64,000 bases of DNA from Octopus bimaculoides (GCF_001194135.2 NC_069000.1:31281274-31345273); one strand, 5' to 3'. Positions 24,950-39,171 are shown, counted from the first letter of the stretch. The notes: generated from the sequence alone by a model not told the origin. Program-made: numbers and translations.

Positions 24950-26830
24950 AAAAAATTAGAAGCAATAAATTTCCCGATTCAAGGATGAAATAGCAGTAAA
25001 AAGTACAAAGCTGCTATTCGCAGACTTAATAAAAAATTAGCATCAATATCAATATCATCACTTTAAAAGAAATACATTTAACAGACACTGTAGTTACAAA
25101 GAAAAGTGTGCTTAGATGTAGTCATATAGGAATATTAAAACTCGTACCAACAACATGGAAAACGAATATATAGAAACGATTGAAAATAAGATAAAAGATC
25201 TTTCAATCTTCAATGAAGTCAATAACGAAGCGACATAGCTGATGGAAAAACCGAAGAAGCCACAAAAACTTCAGTCATAGCTAAAAAATTTGTGACATCA
25301 AAGATCGTACTAAACAAAAGATCCATAAAGATTCCGTCGGTATGAAAAGTGACAATGATTTCATGGACAAGACATACAATTCGATTTTAAACCTAAGTGA
25401 TTTTTATTAAAAATTCGATAAAAATAAATGGTTATCAATAGGTTGAAGGGCAATAAAATTTGAATAATTCTGAGGAGGAGTATGGTCACCGATGGAATCA
25501 AAACGGACGAGTTCAAAACAAAAACATCTGAAAAATCTTGAGAATCCTTAGCAACACAGGAGTCAGCGTAAAAATTACATGAAAAAAAAACAAACAAAAC
25601 GCAAAACAAAACAAAAACAAGCAAAACAAACACAAGACCCAATAATAAGTTACAATTCTAATATTCTGAAGGAGGTGCTAAATAATCAAGCAAGTCCAGA
25701 CAGAAACAAAATGCCAAATAACGACTGCATTTAGAATACGCCACCCAAAATATGATAGAAAGATTATATCCACCATGATTATATGTCAGTAAAGACTTAC
25801 GTTCTTGGAAAGCTATTATTAAATATCCACAATAGAGCTACAAATATTTCTATAAATGACAAACAAAATGAAAAAAAATCTCATTTCTGTTCTCAATGAA
25901 AGCAACAGATACGAAAGAAGGAAATGAAACGAAGCTCAAAATGCACTTCAAACCAATGGAAAGTTATTTACATGGTCAATATAAGAATGTAAACAACTGA
26001 ATATGATGCAAATGTCAAAGAAATACGATTGTGGTTCGAAAGTGCAACATTTTATATTGAAACTACAGAATTTTTGATAAAATATTTCATTGTAAAATGT
26101 AACCAAATATATTGTTTTCAAATTTTAGCACAAAACCAGCAATTTTAGGGGAGGGAGTAAGTCGAATGCAACGACTCCAATGCTCGACTGGTAGTTATTT
26201 TATCGACCCAGAACGGATGAAAGGCAAAGTCAACTTTAACGGCTTTCGATGTCAGAACGTAAAGACGGACGAAATGCCGCTAAGCATTTTGTCCGGCGCG
26301 GTAACGACTTTGCCAGCTTGTCGCCAGACATATTAAGTAACAGTAGAATGTGAGGATGAATTAATTGCCTTATCTTAACCAGGAAAGAATACATCTGCAA
26401 GCATGACAAATGTAGATCTTTCATACGTTGTAAGTCTTGTCAGACACCAACAAGAGTTGCTATAGACATAGACCGAGAAAGTTCTTAGGGAATGACGAAG
26501 CGACTATACTTTGGACTACGCCAATCCCCATCGACAAAGACAAAAGGGCATATTGATTGGATACTGTTGTTAAGGACAACCAGAATATTAAATGCCTCCA
26601 AATCGACATAAGAGTTCCAAGTGATTATGTATCTCTAAACAAAATTATCCAGATATAAAGATCTGAAAACTGATAACTGTATTGTAGGAACTGAAAACGG
26701 AAATAGCCTTGAGAATGATTAAAAAACATTCATACAAATACATTACCAAAATCAGAGGAGTTACAACTAAGCACAACAAAAGCATACGCATTATATAGAA
26801 TATTTTCAATACATTCTAAAACGACTAAAC
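24950..26830 (+). mobile_element. R4/Dong-like LINE, highly decayed, RT core absent, SINE B inserted
   Basis: PTTWK.. N-terminal block; HPK.D..RLY; YRHRPRKFLGNDEATILW..PI..DK..DTVVKD..CLQIDIRVPSD..SRYKDL. Confidence 0.75.
26118..26326 (-). mobile_element. SINE family B
   Basis: CTGGTAGTTATTTTATCGACCC..GGATGAAAGGCAAAGTC..TTGCCAGCTTGTCGCC. Confidence 0.9.
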
Positions 26831-27185
26831 CTACCCAAAACGTTCCGAATTGCGCTTAGTTGTGCATTGACAGCATGCAATAAAAATAAAATTAGTGACA
26901 ACTCAGTTAATGACTATGATATTAATTAATTTTACAATTCAAAAGACTCATATTGTTTAGGGAAGGACAATGGAAAAATACAAAAGTAAACAACTAACAA
27001 GAAAGAGCGAGGTCTTTACATTTAAATGATTGACGTAGGTCGACTATAACAATAAAGATCTTTATAAATGAATAATACCAAATAGCACTGTCGCTATAGA
27101 AAAATAAAATAAAGGATTCACAAATTACTGGTTTTCGGGTTTTGTCATGAAGGGTCATTTGGCAATATGTTGCACACGCATAAAG

Positions 27186-27420
27186 CGGCGAGCTGGCAGA
27201 ATAGTAATAAGCAACTACTTTTTCCGCTCCGGAAAGAAATATGGTTAGCAACATTTCTTCCGACTTTACCTTACGAGTTCAAGTACCGCTGGGGTCGTCT
27301 TTGCCTGTCATCCTTTCGGGGTCGGTAAAATAAGTAGCAGTTGAACATTGGTTTCAATGTAACCGACTAACCTGCTCCCCAGAAATTTTTGGCGTTGTGC
27401 TAAAATTTGAAAACCAATAT
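27186..27420 (+). mobile_element. SINE family B
   Basis: GGCGAGCTGGCAGAAT..CATCCTTTCGGGGTCGGTAAAATAAGTAGCAG. Confidence 0.85.
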
Positions 27421-27481
27421 GTTACAAATACACACACATACACACAAATACAAACTCTCCCTCTCACACACACATACACAT

Positions 27482-28200
27482 ATATCAAGTTGGTGCAAAA
27501 ATAGCTGCTTTTTAGTAATTATGTTCAAAGCAGTTAATTACATCTCAGCTCAGAATGAATTTAACTAATCGTAGTAATAACTACATTTTTGACAGCAAGA
27601 AACAAACTTATTTAGTAATTTAGAATTGTGGAATCCAGGAGTTAAGGAATTCTTACATGGGCTCTCTCTCGCAGAAATTTATCGAGATGTTTACAATAAT
27701 GGTAATCGATCAAAAGGAGTTCTTTGAAATAATCATGAAGTCGTGTTTCGTAGTCGAATTCGTTCGTTTCTTCGGAGTTATTTTGAGGGCATTTTTGAAC
27801 AGGACCAGTTCTTCTCCAATAAGAATAAGTCTCGTTCGGTTGATTTTGCTGGACGTGAATGTTGTAGCTATTGGTATATTTTGTAGAGATCCTTACATTG
27901 TTTCTTTCCTCTGATGATTTCACCAGGATTCCAGAAATAGCAGTGAATGATTCTGCTTGCCGACTACCAATCAACAACAGTAATAATTTTTTTTCTGCTA
28001 TAATTGCAGTATGGAGGAATCAATTTTCATCATTTGTTACAATGCGATCAAGATGGATAGTTTAATTTGTGCAAAATGCAGAGTAGATTTCGTAACAGCA
28101 ATATTTATTTCTTACTTTCATCCAGTCTGAGCTACCATATTGTCAATCATGTCTTCACTTTGCAATGTGGTGCGAATGTTAAACAACTGTTGAATAGTCA
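27482..28200 (-). mobile_element. Mariner transposon remnant (one TIR plus decayed DD34D transposase C-half)
   Basis: TATCAAGTTGGTGCAAAAATAGCTGC resembles Hsmar1-type TIRs. LDRIVTNDEN* resembles RIVTCDEKW, and EFDYETRLHDYFKELLLIDYHYCKHLDKFL resembles ELG.E.LPHPPYSPDL.P.DYH.FKHL.NFL. Confidence 0.8.
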
Positions 28201-28235
28201 ACATTTATTTTTGCCCCAGCCTGTCAACAATTTTT

Positions 28236-28389
28236 GGTTGTGTGTCAAGAAGCCTACTGCCCAACTCCATGGTTCCAGGTTCAGTTCCGCTGCGTGGCAC
28301 CTTGGGCAAGTGTCTTCTGCTATAGCCTCGAGTCAATCAAAGTCTTGTGAGTGGATTTGGTAGAGGGGAACTGAAAGAAGCCCATCATA

Positions 28390-28390
<1 letters not shown>
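28236..28390 (+). mobile_element. SINE family C, 5' half running into (TA)n and gap
   Basis: GGTTCAGTTCCGCTGCGTGGCACCTTGGGCAAGTGTCTTCT..GTGAGTGGATTTGGTAGA. Confidence 0.9.
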
Positions 28391-28423
<33 letters not shown>

Positions 28424-29384
28424 NNNNNNNNNNNNNNNNNNNNNNNNNNNNNNNNNNNNNNNNNNNNNNNNNNNNNNNNNNNNNNNNNNNNNNNNNNNNN
28501 NNNNNNNNNNNNNNNNNNNNNNNNNNNNNNNNNNNNNNNNNNNNNNNNNNNNNNNNNNNNNNNNNNNNNNNNNNNNNNNNNNNNNNNNNNNNNNNNNNNN
28601 NNNNNNNNNNNNNNNNNNNNNNNNNNNNNNNNNNNNNNNNNNNNNNNNNNNNNNNNNNNNNNNNNNNNNNNNNNNNNNNNNNNNNNNNNNNNNNNNNNNN
28701 NNNNNNNNNNNNNNNNNNNNNNNNNNNNNNNNNNNNNNNNNNNNNNNNNNNNNNNNNNNNNNNNNNNNNNNNNNNNNNNNNNNNNNNNNNNNNNNNNNNN
28801 NNNNNNNNNNNNNNNNNNNNNNNNNNNNNNNNNNNNNNNNNNNNNNNNNNNNNNNNNNNNNNNNNNNNNNNNNNNNNNNNNNNNNNNNNNNNNNNNNNNN
28901 NNNNNNNNNNNNNNNNNNNNNNNNNNNNNNNNNNNNNNNNNNNNNNNNNNNNNNNNNNNNNNNNNNNNNNNNNNNNNNNNNNNNNNNNNNNNNNNNNNNN
29001 NNNNNNNNNNNNNNNNNNNNNNNNNNNNNNNNNNNNNNNNNNNNNNNNNNNNNNNNNNNNNNNNNNNNNNNNNNNNNNNNNNNNNNNNNNNNNNNNNNNN
29101 NNNNNNNNNNNNNNNNNNNNNNNNNNNNNNNNNNNNNNNNNNNNNNNNNNNNNNNNNNNNNNNNNNNNNNNNNNNNNNNNNNNNNNNNNNNNNNNNNNNN
29201 NNNNNNNNNNNNNNNNNNNNNNNNNNNNNNNNNNNNNNNNNNNNNNNNNNNNNNNNNNNNNNNNNNNNNNNNNNNNNNNNNNNNNNNNNNNNNNNNNNNN
29301 NNNNNNNNNGAACAATTTACGTCTTATTAGACACAAGATGTGATCTATTTCTAGCACATTGAATGTCCACGTTAGTGGTCAACG

Positions 29385-29424
<40 letters not shown>

Positions 29425-30103
29425 CGCTCACACACTAGGAAAAGAACTTCTCAAAAAATGTTATTAACATCCTGATAAAAGATTTTGTAACATTTTTAAA
29501 AAAACAATTTTTAAAAAAAACATCACCTTTACACTTCAAAACTGTATTAGGTAATCCTCATAGACTCTCTCTCTCTCTCACACACACATATATGTATAAT
29601 ACAATAGATAAAGACAAATGTGGATTACATTTGAGGAAAAGAACACTTAGCATGTGTTATAGAGTTATATTTGGGAATATTTGTTGTGCATAAGGGATCG
29701 ATACATGTATCAAGCACTCATCTTCAATTGGTATAAACACACAAAAGAATGTATACGTAAAAACATAGAGAAACACACGCACATATACATACCCATACGC
29801 TCATGTAATATAACACAGCTAACAATATCTGGTACGCGGGAAACTAGGTTATACATTCAATGATATATGCATACACATTCTATAATACTTAGTATTCCTC
29901 GACAAAGTGCTCTCTATTTGACAAAAGGATAGTGTGACATATATGCCTTCAGCTGTCATCGACAGATGTAATAATACATCCAGTATTGGAGTGCTCTCTA
30001 CATATTTTATACACCGACTCTGGCGTGAATTTTGTAAACAAAATATGTCCCTAAACTACTAATGCATTACACACAAAAGCACACGCACACGCACACACAC
30101 GCA

Positions 30104-30144
<41 letters not shown>

Positions 30145-31225
30145 NNNNNNNNNNNNNNNNNNNNNNNNNNNNNNNNNNNNNNNNNNNNNNNNNNNNNNNN
30201 NNNNNNNNNNNNNNNNNNNNNNNNNNNNNNNNNNNNNNNNNNNNNNNNNNNNNNNNNNNNNNNNNNNNNNNNNNNNNNNNNNNNNNNNNNNNNNNNNNNN
30301 NNNNNNNNNNNNNNNNNNNNNNNNNNNNNNNNNNNNNNNNNNNNNNNNNNNNNNNNNNNNNNNNNNNNNNNNNNNNNNNNNNNNNNNNNNNNNNNNNNNN
30401 NNNNNNNNNNNNNNNNNNNNNNNNNNNNNNNNNNNNNNNNNNNNNNNNNNNNNNNNNNNNNNNNNNNNNNNNNNNNNNNNNNNNNNNNNNNNNNNNNNNN
30501 NNNNNNNNNNNNNNNNNNNNNNNNNNNNNNNNNNNNNNNNNNNNNNNNNNNNNNNNNNNNNNNNNNNNNNNNNNNNNNNNNNNNNNNNNNNNNNNNNNNN
30601 NNNNNNNNNNNNNNNNNNNNNNNNNNNNNNNNNNNNNNNNNNNNNNNNNNNNNNNNNNNNNNNNNNNNNNNNNNNNNNNNNNNNNNNNNNNNNNNNNNNN
30701 NNNNNNNNNNNNNNNNNNNNNNNNNNNNNNNNNNNNNNNNNNNNNNNNNNNNNNNNNNNNNNNNNNNNNNNNNNNNNNNNNNNNNNNNNNNNNNNNNNNN
30801 NNNNNNNNNNNNNNNNNNNNNNNNNNNNNNNNNNNNNNNNNNNNNNNNNNNNNNNNNNNNNNNNNNNNNNNNNNNNNNNNNNNNNNNNNNNNNNNNNNNN
30901 NNNNNNNNNNNNNNNNNATATATACTATTGAACTTTGGGAGGGGCACTATGCTGGTAATAATAAACACACGCACTGGTTCGGTCTTTCATTGTTATTGTT
31001 AGTTAATGGGTTAGTTACTCTACTAACAAATTATCGATCAGCTGTTTTCTTTAATTAGTTTTTCTAACTCGTATGTTAAACACGTTGGTCAAAGTGTTAA
31101 TCGATAGTTCAAATGTTCAGTATTGTTCATTTTGTCATTCCTTTTTTTTTCTCAGCACACGCATTTACATCAAGAACCTTGCAAACCAAATACAAATATG
31201 AACTACATACACATACATACATACA

Positions 31226-31257
<32 letters not shown>

Positions 31258-31286
31258 CACACACACGCATACATATAGATACGTAA

Positions 31287-31365
<79 letters not shown>

Positions 31366-32757
31366 AGCACACACACGCGCGCACACACACACATATACAT
31401 TTATATACATATGTATATATATATATATACATATTTATACATACATAAGAGTCTTCAATGTTTCCATCATCCAAATTTCCCTTTGGCATTAAGAATTGTC
31501 AAAGTTGAGGCTATAATTTTTAAAACTAATCATTGTTTCGACACACATTATAATTACGTTAACTCTTACTTAAGTATATGTCGTTGACCTTAGAGAAAAC
31601 CCTGGGAAAATTTCCCCAATTATTATTTTGTTATGAAACTTATCAATGGTTTTTTTTACTAAAAATCATTATTATTTTACTTATCTAGGAATGTAATTAC
31701 CAATCAGATTACTCGCTGAGGAGGTCTAATAACAACGAAACTTGTCTGGAGTTTCATTTTATTTGTCATACTCACCTCCCCACTCTATACTGCCATTCAG
31801 CATTTAATTTGGATTTCGGAGTAGTCACTCTTATCTTACTTGAAAACTATTAGTCATTCGGGCCGTATTATCTACAGTACTGTAAGTGTATCGACAGGTT
31901 TTTGTCGCTACCACTACTTCATTATCGTTGTTGTCGCCGTAAACACCAGAAAACATATCAACGTTATTATTGCTGTCACTGTTACCTTATGCTGTCGTCT
32001 AGACACGTCTACAATTTCCAGTATGACAACGAGACTCAAATTTTATAGCATTGTCACCAGCTCTTTCTGATATTTCAAAGCTTGTGCATCTTTATAAATG
32101 AGATGAAAATTTTAGAAATATAGATGGAAAGTAAGTACTGCACGACATTTTGTCATTCCGTATGAGATTCTCCGCCAGCGTTCTCATGAGGTCTATAGCT
32201 TTATCAGGATCCCTTTCTGAAACATTTGTTCGTCATTCATGGCCCAGTTCTTCTGACATCTTTCACTCTAGATCAACATGAGCAGAAGGAATTTGCACCA
32301 AGTTTCAGGGTAGTAAATAACCCATATATGAACAAAATCATTTTAAGAGTTTCTTCCCGATTAGGATGTGGCAGTTTAGTTCTTTGAGGAACTAACACAA
32401 CAGAGATTCGATTTCGTTCTCGAGAGAAACCCTCAGTTTTGACGATCACCGACCTTCGCTTCATAAAGCTAACGTGTCAAGAACCAACAAATTAAAAACA
32501 AAACAAAACAAACGAAAACAATTCTTCTCACAACAAACGTATTCTTTCTTTAAACAGTGGCTTTTTTTCTTTACAACATCCATGGATGTTGTAATATATA
32601 TATTTGTTAACAACATTCTCACACTTCTGTTTTTGCTTGTATGCGCACTTGAAATAATTTGTTCATTTGCTTTTACCGCATGACAGGTTTATAGTCTATA
32701 TTAACAAAGCATACATACGTTTTGCTAACATTTTATATTCATCATACTTATTTTAAG

Positions 32758-32952
32758 ACGGCGACCTGGCAGAAATGCTTATTGGTATTTCGCCTACTGC
32801 TACGTTCTGAGTTCAAATTCGGCTGAAGTCGACTTTACCTTTCATTGTTTCGGGGTCGATAAATTAACTACCAGTAAAACACTGAGGTCAATATAATCAA
32901 TTAGTGCCCTCTCCCATCTTTCAGTCCTTGTTCCTATAGTAGAAAAGATTAT
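32758..32952 (+). mobile_element. SINE family B
   Basis: GGCGACCTGGCAGAAA..GAGTTCAAATTC..TTTCGGGGTCGATAAATTAACTACCAG. Confidence 0.85.
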
Positions 32953-33804
32953 GATATTTATACATCCGTTTGCAAAAGCTAAATTCTTTGGCTTGTGTAA
33001 TTTATAAATCAACAGACAGTAGAATTTCACCTATAGTAAATAAACGCGGAAACTCTTTCCTCCCCTGCATTTCGAAGCTAAGCAAATAAGGTTTTAAATT
33101 GTGTTATAAATGCATATTTTTTTCTGCTATTATTTCTGTAAACTTACAAGATCCTCTTTATCCCAATAAACATTCTCATTTAAAGTTGTTGTTAATGTTT
33201 TGTCACCCAGTTTATTGACGCATACGACTGCTGCTTGTTTGCAGTGTGTTATTTAATTTCCTGTAATAAAACACACGCGCTTTCGGACGGATTATGTTTT
33301 GGGAAGTTAATAATTAGTTACATTTAGGTGTACTTCAATGTTCGTCAATAAATTAGCTCTTGCTTGACCAGTTTGTAGAAGAGAATTGTCAAAAGTGTTA
33401 GCATGATGTTTTCCAGATATAAAAAGTACGATTATCCAACATGTTCTTCCTCTATTTCATAGAATGTGGGGTTATCTGAGAAAAAGTTTAGCAGCTTTTT
33501 TCTTGCAGTCGGATGACTGCTAAATTACTACGATATCCGCATTGCCTTGCATTTCCTATTTATCATATTGTTTGACATTATCTATAAATATAGGAATATG
33601 CATATATACTATATACTATACTTTATATATTTATGCAACACACATTTACACACACACACATACGTATACACACATACACACATGCACACACATAATGAAA
33701 CACAGCACGTCCATATAAGAGATACCTTTTAATAATGTATTTACGTTAAGTATGATACATATATAGCTGCAATTATTTAATACTGATTCTATAGCATATA
33801 ACGG

Positions 33805-33835
<31 letters not shown>

Positions 33836-34050
33836 TCAATCTATCTATCTATTTGTCTGTCTGTCTGTCTGTCTCTATCTATACATACATATGCACACAT
33901 ATAAACGCAAATAAGTTGACATGTCAATATATCTGTAGTTTAGTATAATTCAGGTGAAAACCTCGTAATATGCTCTTATGTCTTTATCCTACAGTGGGGT
34001 ATATTCCAATCTAGGTACACATGCAGAACTCCTCTTTACATAGTATCAAA

Positions 34051-34133
34051 ATAAGGATAGTATAACACGAGGGTGGCGGATGATCTACTATTACCGCCGA
34101 TTATCCTCCATCCTAGTGTTATATTATCCTTAT
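34051..34133 (+). ncRNA. Candidate pre-miRNA-like hairpin (alternatively a tiny fold-back MITE)
   Basis: 35-position unbulged stem: 30 Watson-Crick pairs, 3 G-U, 2 mismatches, 13 nt loop (paired by hand). The structure is seen; function is only inferred. Confidence 0.35.
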
Positions 34134-35051
34134 ATATATATATATATATATATATATNNNNNNNNNNNNNNNNNNNNNNNNNNNNNNNNNNNNNNNNNNN
34201 NNNNNNNNNNNNNNNNNNNNNNNNNNNNNNNNNNNNNNNNNNNNNNNNNNNNNNNNNNNNNNNNNNNNNNNNNNNNNNNNNNNNNNNNNNNNNNNNNNNN
34301 NNNNNNNNNNNNNNNNNNNNNNNNNNNNNNNNNNNNNNNNNNNNNNNNNNNNNNNNNNNNNNNNNNNNNNNNNNNNNNNNNNNNNNNNNNNNNNNNNNNN
34401 NNNNNNNNNNNNNNNNNNNNNNNNNNNNNNNNNNNNNNNNNNNNNNNNNNNNNNNNNNNNNNNNNNNNNNNNNNNNNNNNNNNNNNNNNNNNNNNNNNNN
34501 NNNNNNNNNNNNNNNNNNNNNNNNNNNNNNNNNNNNNNNNNNNNNNNNNNNNNNNNNNNNNNNNNNNNNNNNNNNNNNNNNNNNNNNNNNNNNNNNNNNN
34601 NNNNNNNNNNNNNNNNNNNNNNNNNNNNNNNNNNNNNNNNNNNNNNNNNNNNNNNNNNNNNNNNNNNNNNNNNNNNNNNNNNNNNNNNNNNNNNNNNNNN
34701 NNNNNNNNNNNNNNNNNNNNNNNNNNNNNNNNNNNNNNNNNNNNNNNNNNNNNNNNNNNNNNNNNNNNNNNNNNNNNNNNNNNNNNNNNNNNNNNNNNNN
34801 NNNNNNNNNNNNNNNNNNNNNNNNNNNNNNNNNNNNNNNNNNNNNNNNNNNNNNNNNNNNNNNNNNNNNNNNNNNNNNNNNNNNNNNNNNNNNNNNNNNN
34901 NNNNNNNNNNNNNNNNNNNNNNNNNNNNNNNNNNNNNNNNNNNNNNNNNNNNNNNNNNNNNNAGCATCAGTTTGCGCGCGCGCGCACACGCACACGCACA
35001 CACACACACACGCACACATACACACACATATATACACACACACGCACATGC

Positions 35052-35106
<55 letters not shown>

Positions 35107-35559
35107 TATATTTGTGTGTGTATATTGTGTGAGTGAGTGTATTTTAATTCACACAAGTCAGAAAAATAATCTGATCGTTCAGATATCTGCTTCTGAATAA
35201 CAAGGCTGGCTCAGATTTTTGGCAAGTCTGATTGCCATTGAATGATGTTTAAGGCTCGTTTTCATTAGCTGGTTCAGATTACGTGCTATAGTGGGTAGCT
35301 GTCGACTGGTATTAGCTCCTAGCAGTGAGTGGATGCTATTGATCGCTGAATGCTACTGGGTTGGGTTGCAAGTGATCAGTGCTAGAGCCTGACAGACGGT
35401 TTCCACAAATTGTTTACGTCTTCTAGTTTGACATTTCAGTGTCATTCATTTGGAAACTACGAGACCAGGGAATTAGTCCACTTGGTATAGCCTGCATACC
35501 TCTCTTCAATGCTATTCAACCGGATCACCCAGCAATCGCTTTTGTCAGGCTGAGAAATT

Positions 35560-35860
35560 GCCCATATTTCAACTGCTAAATGTATCCCTTAATAAGAAAA
35601 CTGACTTGTAGTCTATTGTCCTTAGCAGTTGTCTACTTTAAACTACAATCCGTTTATTGCTTCTATACCGTTTGAGGTTACTCTACATATTATATAGCTT
35701 TCAATGCATTCTGTTACATGAGATCTGAACAGTCGTACTAGTGAACATAACCAAACAAATTGCCTTTTAGTAGCTCTTGATAAGTTCCATAGACGTATTC
35801 CGGCATAAACCTGTAATCTTCAAACACTTTAAAACTAATACTGGAATTTAAAACGTCAAC
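35560..35860 (-). mobile_element. Possible RTE-like LINE 3' remnant
   Basis: Weak FGYV.. and W..V..D-like motifs resembling LRWFGHV.R..GRP..W..V..D; heavily decayed. Confidence 0.35.
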
Positions 35861-35999
35861 AGCATGGGCGACAACTACAATGCTCCTCAATCACAAGTCA
35901 CCGATCCAGGGGCTGCAAATAGATGTAATACACACACACACATACATACACACAAGCATGTATGCATGCGTGCATTACCTCTCTCACTCTCTCTCGTTT

Positions 36000-36063
<64 letters not shown>

Positions 36064-36279
36064 CCTATAAACATATAAATATAAGGAAGCAGGCATTGTG
36101 TCTAAATTGCCAAAATCATGTGGGTATGCAGCGAAATTCGTCATCACATGGCGAGGTCTGTTAGTTCCAGCCGTAACGGTCTCATCTTGATCTTTGGACA
36201 TAAATTTGTATAACATATATTGCTCCTTATTCAATAAAGCACAATAAGATTTGGTAGAAAGAAGATTGACACAGACATT

Positions 36280-36570
36280 AGGAAGATCACTTCGCAATCA
36301 TCAAGTCACAGGTTTGATCCCACCGAGTGCTATCGTGTTTAATTAAATTTTACCCTACCTCTGTAGCTATCCAAGCCTTATAAACAAGATTGGGTTGATG
36401 GAAACTACACAGAAACTCGTTGGATAAATTCAAGCTGTAATTCAAATGTCCAAACTTCACTCATCATGTGTCACACTGAGTCGGTCTGGCAATTACTCTA
36501 CCTTGAACACGTGAGCGGAGTACTCAGTTACTCACAAGTTAATTCAACGAGCTTGAGGTTGAAGATGATC
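36280..36570 (+). mobile_element. Old SINE relic with family C-like head and family A-like body
   Basis: CAAGCCTT..GATGGAAACT (C-like) followed by GTAATTCAAA..TGTGTCACACTGA..GAGTACTCAG (A-like). Confidence 0.55.
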
Positions 36571-38969
36571 GAAACATTTTAAAAGTCATTGTCGAGACGG
36601 CTCCATCATGTCACCTCTCTTAAACTTCATACTTTATAGTTTTTTTAGCTGTCATGTTGCATATATACAAACACTCAGAGTTTTCTTCGGTAATCATACA
36701 TCTCTGCATATATATAAGTAGAATATATGTGCATGTATGTGCGGTATGTATGCATATAAATATATGAATGTATATACATGTATGTGTATGTACGTATATA
36801 TGTATATGTGAATATGTATGTGTGCATATATATATATATGTATATGTATGTATGTATGTATGTATATATATATATATATATATATATACCTATACATACA
36901 GGTGGATGTCGGTATGCACATACCTGTACGTATATATGCATATACTCATTTACTGTTTGTTTATATATATATATATATATATATATATTTNNNNNNNNNN
37001 NNNNNNNNNNNNNNNNNNNNNNNNNNNNNNNNNNNNNNNNNNNNNNNNNNNNNNNNNNNNNNNNNNNNNNNNNNNNNNNNNNNNNNNNNNNNNNNNNNNN
37101 NNNNNNNNNNNNNNNNNNNNNNNNNNNNNNNNNNNNNNNNNNNNNNNNNNNNNNNNNNNNNNNNNNNNNNNNNNNNNNNNNCTTATATGCATTCCGAATG
37201 TATGTATATCTAATTGTATGTACGTATCTATAAATGTATGCGTGAAATAAACGCTCGCTTTAATGCATGCATGGTTGCATTTATGTTTATATGAGTTTAC
37301 GAATGTATATCTGCATAGTTTGCAATGCAGAGTTCTTTACTACGCTTCTGTCACGACTAGTGTGTAGGAATGGCAATGAAAGTTGTTTGATTAAGTTATT
37401 AGTAATCATAATATAATCAAAACCAGCAGCAGTTGTGGCTGCATCACACGTAGCAGTAGTAGCAGCGGCAGCAGCAGCAGCAGCAGCAGCAGTGACAGTA
37501 ACAATTTCAGTATTAATAGTGGAATACAGGGATAGAAAGACTGAGAAGCGGCAAATTGGATTATTTTACGTATTGATTTTGTAGAAGGAAGCCTAGTTAA
37601 CTACACGGACATAGATATCTAGATAGACAAATAGACAGACAGATAAACAATGGTTATCTAGATAATATATATATACATATATGTATATATATATATACAT
37701 TATGCATACATTATTGATATACGGTATGTATTATGAAATAGATATTACACGCACATATACATTGATAGGTAAATAGAGAGATACCGTCAATGAGATATTG
37801 ACAGAGGCACAACGATACACATGAGAAAGTGAAACTAATATACCAAACTCTATAGGTAGACATACAAATATAAGCGATCACTCAGAGATGCGTAAGACAA
37901 AGTAATACAAACTACAAGGATACAAACAAACACAAGCATTCACAGATGCTAATATAAAGAGGTGTATAATTTGATGTATATAGAGTATTTCGTAGAGACA
38001 TATAAATATATGTAGATAGATTGACAAAAGATGCCAGGTTTATATAGATGTTTAGGTTGTGAGGTAGAGATCCAGTATATTAATTACTGCTTAGATTAAT
38101 TTATGGAATCACTAAGACAAGGGAGTAGCATATATTTACCGAAATAAATAGAAAGATACGCTAAATCCATAATTACGCGCACCCCAAACCCAGAAAGTTA
38201 ACACACCCACCCACACATCCACACATATATATATACATATATATTCACATATATACGCACCCACACCTACACATACAATTANNNNNNNNNNNNNNNNNNN
38301 NNNNNNNNNNNNNNNNNNNNNNNNNNNNNNNNNNNNNNNNNNNNNNNNNNNNNNNNNNNNNNNNNNNNNNNNNNNNNNNNNNNNNNNNNNNNNNNNNNNN
38401 NNNNNNNNNNNNNNCCAGAAAGTTAACACACCCACCCACACATCCACACATATATATATACATATATATTCACATATATACGCACCCACACCTACACATA
38501 CAATTATACTTCTTACTCATTGTTTGTGTGTGCGTACGCACTTGTGTGTGTATGTCTGTGTGTGAGTGTGTATGTGTGTGTGTGCGTGCGCGTGAATAAC
38601 ATTCTGGTAATAAAGAAGTATAAAGAAAAAATAAATAAAATCAAAGATATAGTAGGAGAATTAAAAATAATGGGGGAGGAGGAATGAAAGAGTGTAAGCT
38701 TGTGAGGGAGTGAAAGAAAGAGTGAAGAAGAAAGAAGAGAATGAAGGAGAGAGAAAAGGATAGAGAGGAAGAGAAAGTGTGCGTATAGATAACATACGAA
38801 GGACTTTTCTGTTTCGGAGCAGACATACACACTGGAAAGTATATATACAGACACCTACACAAAACATACATACATAAGTGCGTGCACACAAAACACACAC
38901 ATATACGTATATTTGCATCTAAACTAAAAAACATATACACGCGATAAGGCAAATTCTTGACCGATACTG

Positions 38970-39005
<36 letters not shown>

Positions 39006-39171
39006 CTATATCTATACACACACATATATATATATATGTATCTATACATATATATGCCTACATAGACACACAAATATACGCCTTGACATACACCGTCGCA
39101 TAAAATACACATACATAAATACATACTATTATCATCAGAGAGGTTTATATGCAGAGATATCCTGTTAAAAA

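Noticed and set aside
31712-31770. CTGAGGA...GAAA hammerhead-like spacing
   Set aside because: Stem II pairs poorly, there is no stem I partner, and no adjacent PLE sequence was recognised.
38190-38505. Exact ~90 bp direct repeat on both sides of an N gap
   Set aside because: Typical contig-overlap assembly artefact.
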